Below, piece after piece: positions 12,601 through 24,954 of a stretch of 64,000 nt of DNA (positions are counted from its first letter, which is position 1; the number at the start of each line of letters is the position of its first letter). The DNA is taken from contig NW_026262668.1 of NCBI RefSeq assembly GCF_021869535.1, forward strand, positions 127,162,001 to 127,226,000, in the 5' to 3' direction. The notes below the pieces were generated by a model. The model saw only the letters and a program-made list of their open reading frames with translations. It was not told the origin of the DNA and made no database searches. The stretch comes from Mytilus californianus (lineage: Eukaryota). Made by a program: the position numbers and the translations under genes.

Positions 12601-15600
12601 TTTATAGTGTATTGTTGATGCATCATTCATGACATTGTTGTTGAGTCACAGTACTCTACTAACAGAGTATAATTAGTGAGCAATAGTTTATAGTGTATTG
12701 TTGATGCATCATTCATGTCATTGTTGTTGAGTCACAGTACTCTACTAACAGAGTATAATTAGTGAGCAATAGCTTATAGTGTATTGTTGATGCATCATTC
12801 ATGACATTGTTGTTGAGTCACAGTACTCTACTAACAGAGTATAATTAGTGAGCAATAGCTTATAGTGTATTTTTGATGCATCATTCATGACATTGTTGTT
12901 GAGTCACAGTACTCTACTAACAGAGTATAATTAGTGAGCAATAGCTTATAGTGTATTGTTGATGCATCATTCATGACATTGTTGTTGAGTCATGGTACTC
13001 TACTAACACAGTATAATTAGTGAGCAATAGTTTATAGTGTATTGTTGATGCATCATTCATGACATTGTTGTTGAGTCACAGTACTCTACTAACAAAGTAT
13101 AATTAGTGAGCAATAGTTCATAGTGTATTGTTGATGCATCATTCATGACATTGTTGTTGTGTCACAGTACTCTACTAACAGAGTATAGTTAGTGAGCAAT
13201 AGCTTATACATTGTAGTGTATTGTTGATGCATCATTCATGACATTGTTGTTGAGTCACAGTACTCTACTAACAGAGTATAATAAGTGAGCACTAGTTTAT
13301 AGTGTATTGTTGATGCATCATTCATGTCATTGTTGTTGTGTCACAGTACTCTACTAACACAGTATAATTAGTGAGCAATAGTTTATAGTGTATTGTTGAT
13401 GCATCATTCATGACATTGTTGTTGTGTCACAGTACTCTACTAACAGAGTATAATTAGTGAGCAATAGTTTATAGTGTATTGTTGATGCATCATTCATGAC
13501 ATTGTTGTTGAGTCACAGTACTCTACTAACAGAGTATAATTAGTGAGTTATAGTTTATAGTGTATTGTTGATGCATCATTCATGACATTGTTGTTGAGCC
13601 ATATTACTCTACTAACAGAGTATAATTAGTGAGCAATAGTTTATAGTGTATTGTTGATGCATCATTCATGACATTGTTGTTGAGTCATAGTACTCTACTA
13701 ACAGAGTATAATTAGTGAGCAATAGTTTATAGTGTATTGTTGATGCATCATTCATGACATTGTTGTTGTGTCACAGTACTCTACTAACAGAGTATAATTA
13801 GTGAGCAATAGCTTATAGTGTATTGTTGATGCATCATTCATGACATTGTTGTTGTGTCACAGTACTCTACTAACAGAGTATAATTAGTGAGCAATAGCTT
13901 ATAGTGTATTGTTGATGCATCATTCATGACATTGTTGTTGTGTCCCAGTACTCTACTAACAGAGTATAATTAGTGAGTTATAGTTTATAGTGTATTGTTG
14001 ATGCATCATTCATGACATTGTTGTTGAGTCACAGTACTCTACTAACAGAGTATAATTAGTGAGCAATAGTTTGTAGTGTATAGTTGATGCATCATTCATG
14101 ACATTGTTGTTGAGTCACAGTACTCTACTAACAGAGTATAATTAGTGAGCAATAGTTTATAGTGTATTGTTGATGCATCATTCATGTCATTGTTGTTGTG
14201 TCACAGTACTCTACTAACAGAGTATAATTAGTGAGCAATAGTTTATAGTGTATTGTTGATGCATCATTCATGACATTGTTGTTGAGTCACAGTACTCTAC
14301 TAACAGAGTATAATTAGTGAGCAATAGTTTATAGTGTATTGTTGATGCATCATTCATGACATTGTTGTTGAGTCATATTACTCTACTAACAGAGTATAAT
14401 TAGTGAGCAATAGTTTATAGTGTATTGTTGATGCATCATTCATGACATTGTTGTTGAGTCACAGTACTCTACTAACAGAGTATAATTAGTGAGCAATAGT
14501 TTATAGTGTATTGTTGATGCATCATTCATGACATTGTTGTTGTGTCCCAGTACTCTACTAACAGAGTATAATTAGTGAGCAATAGTTTATAGTGTATTGT
14601 TGATGCATCATTCATGACATTGTTGTTGTGTCCCAGTACTCTACTAACAGAGTATAATTAGTGAGCAATAGTTTATAGTGTATTGTTGATGCATCATTCA
14701 TGACATTGGTGTTGAGTCACAGTACTCTACTAACAGAGTATAATTAGTGAGCAATAGTTTATAGTGTATTGTTGATGCATCATTCATGACATTGTTGTTG
14801 TTTCTAATCTAAAGTGAAACCTGAAAAATCAAATACCTCTTAAAACAGAACAAATACTACAGTCTTGGTGGTGTTTGGCAGGTTTACTGTATAAACAATA
14901 CGTTAACTATATTTGGTGTATAAAAGGATTGTAATATGTACATATAAAAGTGAGGAAATGTATGATTGCCAAAGAGACAACTATCCACCAGAGTAAATAT
15001 GAAGTGCTAGTAAGCAATTATAGGCACCCTTGCTCTTTAAATTTTTTGTTGGTCTATTTTCACAATGAATTGCATTTAAGCTCATTATTTCTCACTATGA
15101 AACGTGTTGAAAAATGTGTCTTTTCATTTTCTCTGTATTTAACCTTAATGTAAATGATTTCCATATAAGATAATAAAACTACCCTTCAGATTTGTCGAGG
15201 GCAGATCATTGACATACTACCAGTGTATTTGTAGAAAATATTAGCTATCCTGATATATTTGTTGTTATATTTTGTAGATACACAACAAGCTGTTGGAGGG
15301 ATTATAGGAATAGTTTTAGTATTGCTGATATTAATAGTAGCAATTGTTGGCTGGTTTGTTTATGCCTACAGAAATCCTACATCTGCTTCAGGAATGTGGC
15401 TGATGGAGGTATGTATTTGCCTAAAGCTTCAATTGAAAACATGGTAGAATCTGTATACAAGATAGCAGCAAAATGGTATATTAAAATAAATGGTAACATA
15501 ATGCTGCTATATTATATAATGAGCTATAAAATTCTTAGTAAGAGAACAATTGTACTCAGAAAGTTACATTATTGTTCTACAATCCATAATAAATAAGAGC

Positions 15601-17090
15601 CGAGTGACGTCCGAGGGCTGTATCCTAGGTGTTAGATGATGGACCACCATTTCACTGTCTCACGACTTTGGCCCTGATAATGCTTCCTGTCATCGTTATT
15701 ACTATGTCCGAGACTCATTGACCAGTACTCCATCATCGTGGTTAGCGGGCTGCCAAGCTGACCAACCTGGCTCTGAAAGCAGCCATTGTGAAGCAATAAA
15801 ACACCAAAATAGTCAACAAACCAAATCAACTCACCAAAACCAAGATGGCGGCCTACCAAAATGGCGCATTCCACCTGTTCCTGTCCGACTGCAGAAAATA
15901 TTTAAACGCTCACCAAAACGCCTTCGGGCACCAAGCCGACCGTGCAAGGGCTGAACAGCCAGTCAAGGTCGTTAAACACTTCCAGTAGTAGTATTGAGAA
16001 GATACACATAATAAACAAGTAGCTTGAAATTGATATAATACTATGAATGAAACAAGGAGAGGGGGTATGGCTTGGCTTGAAATGATTAAGTAACACACTA
16101 ATATTTCAATGGCTTATTATGCAATGAAAAAATTAAATTAAAGCTGTTATCCTAATGCTAGCAATTTGAAGGTTTGGTTGGCTTGCTTGCTTTGTTTGTT
16201 TAAATGTTTGCTCAAGCATTGTAATTAAAAGATAGGTGGGACTTCAGCTTGTTTACATTATACATAACACCCAATAACATTTAAGTATCAATAATGTATA
16301 CAAGCTGAAGCCCCGCCTATGTATTGATTGCAGATGTCAATCTTAATTACAATGCTTGAGCAACATTTATACAAACAAAGCAAGCAAGCCAACCAAACCT
16401 TTAAATTGCTAGCATTAGGATAACAGCTTTAAAGCTTTAAATTATTTTTAGTTAGTACTTCACCATGTGAACATATTTTGGAAACTGTTCGATTTACAAT
16501 ATAAAGGAATGTCCCCTATATTCAGCTGAAAAAAAGTTTGTACACGTAATGACCTGAGATTTTCTACTTCAATGCAGGTCATAACCTGCATTTTCATTTT
16601 CATAGGTTGACAGGTATGATACATCTAGGTGCTAGATTCTAAAGATAATAACCAGGTGCTGTATTCTATAAAAACACTGGGGTGCTGTATTGCATTAAAA
16701 AATCTGTAAATCTTTCATATTCATATGTTAAAATAACTTTTGTTGTATGTCGAGAGGAATACTAGTCAATTTTCACAACCATTATATTATTGTGAAACTT
16801 TTAACCAGTTAGGAATGATGTCCATTTCTTCAAGAGACATAATTGATATTTGTTTTAATATATGTCTATTAAATTTAATGAATCCAGACTCAACTTAATG
16901 TTATGGATAAAATAACAATATACACATACGTTTTCTAACTATCAGAGTAGAACCTATTTTATCATGCAATTGTTTCTTTTAGCACCGACCAAGTGTAATG
17001 AAACAGAAAATAGTCAACATGAAATTCTGGAAAAGAACAACAGAGACTGGAGATAAATATAAAATAGAATCATCTGCATCAGAAGCCTAA
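508..17090 (+). CDS. PLXDC2: Gene A: plexin domain-containing (PLXDC/TEM7-family) type I membrane protein, 3' part only (6 coding exons; 5' exons lie upstream of the window)
   Basis: Exons 508-603, 6089-6231, 9154-9372, 11324-11369, 15278-15408 and 16983-17090 all have AG/GT ends and compatible phases. Translation gives RRTIYEYHRVE..., a PSI domain (C..C..C.WC...RCSDGIDWHRQEW...GC), a Thr stalk, a TM helix, YRNPTSASGMWLME|HRPS and a stop. The family call comes from recalled similarity to vertebrate PLXDC1/2; the symbol is family-level, not proven orthology. Confidence 0.88.
2330..2550. repeat. 35-bp tandem repeat (~6 copies)
   Basis: unit caattgcacagtattgcacaatagcaagaaat plus a short variable spacer. 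Confidence 0.85.
2570..4095. repeat. 126/135-bp tandem array (~12 copies) inside element A
   Basis: atatgctgaatctaac recurs at 2899, 3025, 3151, 3286, 3412...; the same unit occurs at 24320-24740. Confidence 0.9.
4852..5818. mobile_element. Foldback MITE with ~300-bp inverted arms, TA-flanked
   Basis: 4852-5150 is the reverse complement of ~5490-5818; ta|ctgt...acag|ta. Confidence 0.8.
6089..6231 (+). CDS. Gene A exon: PSI domain CNIANDCETCIQQNSNFECKWCAAISRCSDGIDWHRQEWMKAGCTSL
   Basis: tttaag|ca...tta|gtaagt; 143 nt, phase 1-0; PSI cysteine pattern. Confidence 0.92.
9154..9372 (+). CDS. Gene A exon: Thr/Ser-rich mucin-like stalk (73 aa)
   Basis: tttag|gct...tcg|gtattt; open frame ASEKCAKSPPTTLSTRTT..., phase 0-0. 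Confidence 0.8.
11324..11369 (+). CDS. Gene A short exon ISSGKGSCNEMKKEK(N)
   Basis: ttttcag|atc...a|gtaagt; 46 nt, phase 0-1, bridges the phases of the flanking exons. Confidence 0.72.
11390..14800. repeat. 86-bp satellite array (~31 copies) interrupted by a Penelope-like fragment
   Basis: unit tatagtgtattgttgatgcatcattcatgacattgttgttgagtcacagtactctactaacagagtataattagtgagcaatagtt; period measured at 12794/12880. Confidence 0.95.
11711..12455 (+). mobile_element. 5'-truncated Penelope-like retroelement: RT C-terminus plus 3' tail
   Basis: KTKLYDKRDDFSFPIVNFPFLCSNIPAAPAY..YI.QLIRYSRAC (ORF 11833..12153), followed by the tail ggagcaggatctgcttacccttcc; related tails at 36060-36190 (-) and 44850-45140 (+). 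Confidence 0.75.
15278..15408 (+). CDS. Gene A transmembrane exon (AVGGIIGIVLVLLILIVAIVGWFVYAYRNPTSASGMWLME)
   Basis: tttgtag|at...gag|gtatgt; hydrophobic helix followed by the PLXDC-type PTSA motif; inside ORF 15259..15447. Confidence 0.9.
16142..16428. mobile_element. 287-bp almost fully palindromic MITE with TTAA TSD (Kolobok-like signature)
   Basis: ttaa|agctgttatcctaatgctagcaattt...aaattgctagcattaggataacagct|ttaa. Confidence 0.8.
16983..17090 (+). CDS. Gene A last coding exon, cytoplasmic tail HRPSVMKQKIVNMKFWKRTTETGDKYKIESSASEA*
   Basis: tcttttag|cac; phase 0; resembles the RPS..MKF tail of PLXDC proteins; TAA at 17088-17090. Confidence 0.8.
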   Translation, partial: HRPSVMKQKIVNMKFWKRTTETGDKYKIESSASEA

Positions 17091-19434
17091 ATAAATCCAT
17101 AGAATGCCTTACAAACCACCGACTGCACTGCAATCATTGTAAAAAATGTGTTATTTTTTTGTCTGAAGGTTAGGTTACTGTATGCAATAAATTGAAAACA
17201 ACTATTTTGTCTGAAGGTTAGATAACTCTACTTGATAAAGTGTATGCAAAAGATTTAAAGGGGCATTAGCTAAGTTTGTTTCAAACATTTAAAAAAAGGA
17301 TTTTGAAATATTTTGCTATAATAGTCAGTTTGCTTCAATTTTGTCAAAATTAGCTAAAAATAAAAACATCTTTTGTATTATTGGCTTGCAAGTCAATAAT
17401 TCAACCTCATTTGAATCTGTACTCATGCAACCATCAATTTTACCCTTAGCTAGAGATGGATTACTCATGTGCTAAGTATGTTTAGTTATTAAAAAGGAAA
17501 AGAATATCAACATTTGAAAGTGAATCAAGGGAGCCACTGGGAAGATTTATTTCATTGGCTGATTAGGCCAATAAAAGACATTCTTATACAGTTAAAACGA
17601 TTATTTACATAATTTTTAAATCTATGACATGAAATCAAACAGACCTGGAAAAATTCCTCATATATGGTAGCATGTGCTTGTCTATATTCATATCCATTAT
17701 TTTGTTTATATCAGGTCAAATGATTGTCGGCCTTCTTCCTTAAGAGTTCATCTTAATGATTAATAATATGTTATCTATTCTAAGTAGCACGTAAAATGCT
17801 GATACATTTTAATGAGCCCATGCATTGTTAATTGTTTCTTTTAGACTAAAGTGTTTGCAATAGATTTTAAGCTTATTCAAATGTCATTTTGTAGTATGGG
17901 TGCATATTCTTGCTTCTATTATTTATTAAAAGAAGAAGAAATGCTAAGCTTTTTGAAGGTTTCATTGTATATCAAAAACCCCACTCTCTCATTTTACATT
18001 ACTCATTTTTACTGCAGCTTTCAATGTTAAAAAAAGAGAATACTTAATTAGCAATGTAAAATAAATTGTCTTGTTCCAAGAAAATGTTGTGCCTGGCATT
18101 TTCCTGCCATTTTTTCCGGAAAATGGGATACAACTCGGTCTAAAATCTTTTTTCTGACAGCAATAAAATGGGGGCCTCCATACATCATATTTCTAAGTTT
18201 AGAATATAGTTTTTCAAAGTTTTCATAAATACTTAAGGATATTTGCAAAGAAGCACATAACCATTGAATTAATGGTCATGTCAAAAATAAAGGAAAACTT
18301 GATTGATTGCAAATGGCCATGATCATTTGGACAAAAAGGAGCGCATTTTTCACATCAAATATGGTCAGAAAATTTTGTCAAATTAATACATGATCCAGGT
18401 ACATTCTTGCCTTGATTTTTCTAAAGAATTTTTTTAAGAACCAGATGATCAACTTTACATACACTATAGTCTGGTGTCTTAAAACAGTGATTTAATATAC
18501 AATGAACAATTGATTTTTCGATGCTAATTGTTGCTGTTGTTGTTTTGTTTATTGTTTTTTTTTGGGGGGGAGGTCATTGTGCATTGTGACAGGAATTTAT
18601 TGTGATTTGTAAGTCATCTTTACATGTAAACTTACCTTCAGATGAAAGTGATTTCATTTTTTCAAACATTCATCTTATTTTTTTTCATGTTCATTTATAT
18701 TATACAAATGATTCCAGGTTGTTTTGTGAGAATGACCTTATGTAGGTCACATAAAATGAATAATTTGTTTACATATTTCACAAAATGATAACAATTGGTG
18801 TTTCAATAGCAATACATATATCATAATACTTATTGTACATCTTATACATGTATTAGGTTTTATTCAGATGATTTGTGCAGTGTACCCTGCTTTCATATAA
18901 ATAAAAGCCTCAACTTTTATTTATTAGTCATGCCTAAAAAAATTTGACCTTTGTCTAAAAAATGTGTTTATTATTCAGATAATGACCTATCATGAGAAGA
19001 TAGAGGTAGGGTCTTTGGAACTCCAGATTTCTTGACCTATAAAACTGACTATCATGAAATTCATCTATTGAGAGCTGCACAAACAAACAAATAAGTAATG
19101 AGTACATATCAAATTCACAAATTATTCATTTTCTGTCACTTAAGTTGTTGGAAGAAAATTCATTTTGTTATAAAGAGCTTTATTTACCCATCATATTTGT
19201 TTTCTTCTATTAGACTTTTTTAAATATGTAAATACTCATCCTGTGTTGCTCTTTTTTGCAATACTTAATAAGCAAGAGATTATTTTTACATGATGAACGT
19301 GGGACGATTGTGTTGCTCTGAATCCTACTTCCAAACATATTATTCTGGAGAGCTGAGAGGCAAAATGTAGATATGTTCTTTTTTAACTCTTAAACAAAAT
19401 TAAAGTGTGGTTCTTTAAATGAAAACTATTTTGC

Positions 19435-19665
19435 ATGATTTAAGATACGAAAACATAAAACAGATTCAGAAATAGGACTTAAGATACAAAAACCTAAAAC
19501 ATTCAGAAATAGGACTGAAAATACAAAAACATAAAACAGATTCAGAAATAGGACTGAAGATACAGAAACATAAAATAAATCCAGAAATAGGACTTAAAAT
19601 ACAAAAACATAAAACATTCAGAAATAGGACTTAAGATACAGAAATATAAAACACATTCAGAAATA
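19435..19665. repeat. 37-39-bp tandem repeat (~6 copies)
   Basis: attcagaaataggacttaagatacaaaaacataaaac. Confidence 0.85.
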
Positions 19666-21610
19666 GATAGGATGGCAGATCTTAGAACTCCTTCAAACCT
19701 CTTGTTTTTAATTATAAAGAGAAAATTTCCCCTGTTTTGGTTTTGATGGTAAATAGTGGACAACGTGCAATCTAATCCCTATAGTCACTGACTTGTGTTG
19801 AGCCATCAAAAATGGTTTAATTACTACAATAAAGTAATTTATTAATAATATATTTGATCAGATATTAGATTAACAAAATTATGAATATGTGCATTACCAT
19901 ACTTTTAAAGAGAACATTTCATTTAAAGTTGTTAAAAGTAGTTCATATCTATTCTTCCTATAATTATGGACAGATCATGATTCAATTCAAACTATTGCCT
20001 GCATTTGAACAATGAAATATTTTTATTGTAAGTTCATGATGCACAGTGAAAGCAATCTTTATCCCCTCAATGCTGAGAAACATTTTTCTGTCATTCACTT
20101 ATACCCCACATGTTTTTTATTCATATCTTACCTTTGTATGACACCAAAGTTTTTTGTAGAATGTAAGAAGTGTGTTTTTAACATTCCATGATCATTACAT
20201 ATATTACCTCGGTTCCTTTGAGGGAATAAACGTTTTACTAGATCATCTAATTTTTATAATGATTGAAGGTAAAATTTACAGAGAATATGACTGAGCTAGG
20301 GTAATTTTCAGTAACTTATAAAAAATCTCATCTTTCATTGAATTTTCAATTTTTTGATATATTCTTTACTTTTAATGTATTTATATGTATAAAAACAAAA
20401 TATGACATAGTGATGTATTTTCACAATATAAGAGTAGTCATTTTTACTTGACCCTAACTTTATCAATATTGACCTGATTATATTATATTTATCTATGAAT
20501 CTGACCTAACTTAATAGATCTGCTGACAAACTATATGAATCTCACTGGGAGTGCTGCTGTCTTTGTGATAGGATACTTATTGCTGGGAAATATGTATTCA
20601 TTTTACAATTCCCTTCATCATTAAAAATGTTTTTGCCAATCCAGCATCAACAGGGTCTCATTAGTCATTAATTCAGCTAAAATTTAAATTGTTTAGAATT
20701 TTATCTACATATATTACAGATCTATACTTTTACTTTTTTTTCAATAAATACGCAAAAAGACGAAGTGTTTTAATGATCCATATCCATGTATTGAAATACT
20801 TGTGCTTTAAATGAGTCTGATATTCTTTTAAACAATGTTTTGGCAAGTTTGCAAAGAAAAAAAAAGATAAATATTTTCTAGCTTTAAGTATTCAAATCAG
20901 TGAAATTTATGTACTAGCATATCAGTCCTTTATTTTTATATTTACAGTGTTGTGTATTGGGATATTTTATGTTTTCATTTATTTTTATTTATTGAATATG
21001 TTACTTTGAGTAGAATATATTGAAGCAACTTATATCAAAAACAACTAAATTCTTTATCAAATTTCAACATGTTTATACAAAGAATAACTATCTATTAATA
21101 CTGATAAATTTGTATATTGATGAGAGAATATTTGATATTGTATGTTACATGTATAAGAATTAAGGAGATTATGTTATTGGTGTCTTTAGTAATAAATGAG
21201 TTTTTTTTAGGTTTACAATACTTCTTTCTACTAATATGATATCTTCAGTATGATTTGTGTTTCAAACCTGTTTTGGTGATTGCCTATGTAAGTACAATAA
21301 GATGTTACAATTGATGTAATGATTAGATAAGCTAGAAAGGAAATGTGTGGTCTGTTAAATCAAGTACCTATTTATTTGTCATTCCAGTTCAGAAACACTA
21401 TTGCAAAAAAGTACTTAATCCTTTTAATTCTCTATCCAAGCATTTGCTATTTTTATTTTAATTCCTACTTTTTTGGAATCCCAGGATTCCATTCATGTTT
21501 ATTGTACATGAATATTTCACAGTGAAATGGAGATAATGTTCACATAAGTTTCAAAAGTAGTTTAGGCAACATGTTCTATTTAAGTATTTGTAGATATGTA
21601 AATCATATAA

Positions 21611-21921
21611 GGGAGCTACCATTTGATTTTTAGGGGGGGTGGGGGGCTAGGATGAAATTTGAAAAAAAAGGCAGAACAGGAGTTTTTTGAGTAAAAAAAA
21701 GGCAGGATGAGCAGCTTGGCAAAAAAAAAGGCAGTATGACAATTTATGTAAAAAAAGTCAGGATAAACTAATGAAAAAAGGCAGGACCAAATAGAGTGAA
21801 AAATAAAAAGGCAGGACCAATAGAGTGAAAAATAAAAAGACAGGACAGAGATTACAACCAAAAAAAAATGCAGGACAAAATTTTTCATCCTAGCCCCCAT
21901 AAAAATCAAATGGTAGCTCCC
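21611..21921. mobile_element. PIF/Harbinger-type (Tourist-like) MITE
   Basis: TAA TSD at 21608-21610 and 21922-21924; TIR GGGAGCTACCATTTGATTTTT / AAAAATCAAATGGTAGCTCCC; internal aaaaggcaggac repeats. Confidence 0.85.
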
Positions 21922-23271
21922 TAAGAATGATAGTGATATAACTTTTTCAACTCCTGTACTATTATTGTTCAAGTTTGATGGCTTTACGTTTCATTGCAAC
22001 ATACAATTTTTATCCTATTTTAACAAACATTTGAAATGTATAATGTTATATACAGGATTTTTAATTAGTTTTTTTGACATATTTATGGGTTGAATTATTT
22101 ATGATGATGTGTTTTAATATTTTTATTAATCATAAGATATATTTGTATATGTTGAACTAATGTACTTATTGACATAATATCACGGGTAGAAATTTAGTTT
22201 ATGTTCTTTTGAAGTTTTAAAGCAAAAAACAAATTCCACATAGAGAAGATATTGATGAGAAATGTTTGGACCAGAAACAAAATTAACATATCTCGTATTC
22301 TGATGCATACTTTATTTCACTATTAGGTTTTATGTCTTAAATAAATCCGTGTACATCAATAATTTCTGTAAAAAGTTTTGATAAGTTTCAGAAACTCAGT
22401 GAATGGTTTTGTATAATGTTATGGCGATTTATATTTGATGGTTAGTGAGACCAACCTGATCTTCTACCACTATAGGCTTTAATTGTGATTTTGTATCAAA
22501 GACTTCAGGACTTTACAAAGATTTACCCCAGCTCAGATGACAGAGATACCAACGATGTTTATTGTTTATGTTACTTTGTTCTACATTCTTGTTATCATGT
22601 CATCAATACATCATTTTTGTTATAAATGTTTTCTTTTTCTTTTTCTGACCAAATAACAATCATGAATAACCCCTTCTCCTTTAAAAAAAACACATATAAT
22701 ACAACAACAAAAAATTTAAAAAAGATCTACTCTAAAATAAGTGAGCTAGTCTTGACAACCAATCATTCACCAAAAATATAGCAGGGGTCAAGTTGTGTTT
22801 TTGGCTTATATCCTACAAAATTTAATAATAGAACTAGAGGCTCTAAAGAGACTGTGTAGCTCACCTCTGTCTATGTACAAATTCAACAAAGGACACTGTC
22901 ATTGTAGACAAGAAAAGAATTCATGACAAAAATCTCTTTTATGTTGGTCTTGTATTGCTGATCATTTAGTCTGTTTAGTTTCTGTCTATCTTTAGTTTTT
23001 GCTCAAAACACAAAAGAAGGTAAAAAAAAAACCTCATTTAAGGGAAATCACTCCAATAAAGTGTGGTATTCTACCAACTATATTGGCAAAATTTGACTTG
23101 TTTGTAGATCTTGCCTTGCTGATCATTTTTGTTATTTAAAGTTTCTATTTATCTACTATTGTTTTTATCATATAAGGCAAAACGCAAAAAAAATGGTAAA
23201 AATTGACATTAAAGGGCAATAACTCCAATAAGGAGTCGTTGGACAATTTCCTTCATATTGTCTTAATTGAA

Positions 23272-24954
23272 GATATTGTCGCAAAAAATTTTTTGTGGTC
23301 GTATATTGGTATGACGTTGGCGTCGTCGTCGTCGTCCGAAGACGCATTAGTTTTCGCACTCTAACTTTAGTTTAAGTGAATGGATCTCTATGAAATTTTA
23401 CCATAAGGTTCAATACAACAAAAGGAAGGTGGGGATTGATTTTGGGGGTTATGGTACCAACAGTTAAGGAATTAGGGGCCAAAAAGGGGCCAAAAATAAG
23501 CATTTTCTAGTTTCCAGACAATAACTGTGGGAAGGTGTATGGATCTCTCTGAAATTATACTACAAGTTTCCATACCACAAAGGGATGGTTAGGATTTGCT
23601 TTGGGGGGTTATGGCTCAAACCGTTTAAGAATTAGGGGCAAAAAAGGGGGAAAAACAAGGTTGTCCTGGTTAATGGACAAATACTTTAGTACAAAACATA
23701 ATTTAAAGCAGTGTAAGGGAGATAAATCAAATACATCATTGAAATTATCTCCCTTACACTGCTTTTAAATTATGTATAAAGTAATGATTAATGAACAATT
23801 AAGATAATTTAAAACAGTGTAAGGGAAGTAATCCAAATACAACGTTTTGGTTACTTCCCTTACACTGCTTTTAAATTGTGTTTAAAGAAATGCATATTTA
23901 TAAAGGAAGACCAGTAAAAATATCTGCAAATGTTGCATCTTTTTTTTTTACAACAAAATCCATATGAAAGATTTGACACTATATTTTAAATTCTATTATA
24001 AAATAGATTAAGTTAGCACTATGGTAAATTTAAATGGGTAATTATGGTTGCAAACTCCATTGGAAATTTGAATTGAGATTATGACCATTTCTTGAGGGAA
24101 AGAATTTTTTGGGGAAAAGAAGGGGGGGTGGGGGGTTTAAAGAAATTGTGGGGGGTCAATTTTTTCTCATTTCAGATTTCAGAAATTAAAAAGAATTATT
24201 CTTCAAATATTATTTTTTTTTCAAATTTCAAATATTGAAAAAATTTCAAGAAGTAATCTTTAATTGGACAGTATGGCACATTAGATTTGTAAAATCTTTG
24301 ACCACATTCATTTATTTGTTATGCCGAATCTAACCGTGTATTTAGATTTTTAATTTTGGGTCCAGTTTTCAAATTGGTCTACATTAAGGTCCAAAGGGTC
24401 CAAAATTAAACTTTGTTTGATTTCAACAAAAATTGAATATATGGGGTTCTTTGATATGCTGAATCTAACCATGTATTTAGATTTTTGATTTTTGGGCCCC
24501 GTTATCAACTTTGTCCACATTGAGGTCAAAAGGGTCCAAAATTAAACTTAGTTTGATTTTAACAAAAATTGAATTCTTGGGGTTCTTTGATATGCTGAAT
24601 CTAAACATGTGTTTAGATTTTTGATAATGGGCCCAGTTTTCAAGTTGGTCCAAGTTGGGGTCCAAAATTAAACTTTGTTTGATTTCAACAAAAATTGAAT
24701 ATATGGGGTTCTTTGATATGCTGAATCTAACCATGTATTTTGATTTTGGTTATTGGACCATAATAGGTAAATTAAAAAAATTGAAGTTCTTAGACCACAT
24801 TCTTTCTGTGTCAGAAACCTATGCTGTGTCAAATATTTAATCACAATCCAAATTCAGAGCTGTATCAAGCTTGAATGTTGTGTCCATACTTACCCCAACT
24901 GTTCAGGGTTCGACCTCTGCGGTCGTATCAAGCTGCGCCCAGCGAAGCATTTTA
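23272..24954 (+). mobile_element. HINE-like family A copy 2
   Basis: degenerate 5' stem-loop, (cgt)n, 126-bp units, 3' gcggtcgtatcaagctgcgcccagcgaagcatttt. Confidence 0.7.

Noticed and set aside
11390-14800. Regular 86-bp array resembling a CRISPR
   Set aside because: Whole units are near-identical with no unique spacers, there are no cas genes, and the context is a eukaryotic intron.
17091-22800. Possible extra exons or a long 3'UTR of gene A
   Set aside because: There are several AATAAA and splice-like sites but no coherent frame; the transcript end cannot be fixed without RNA data.
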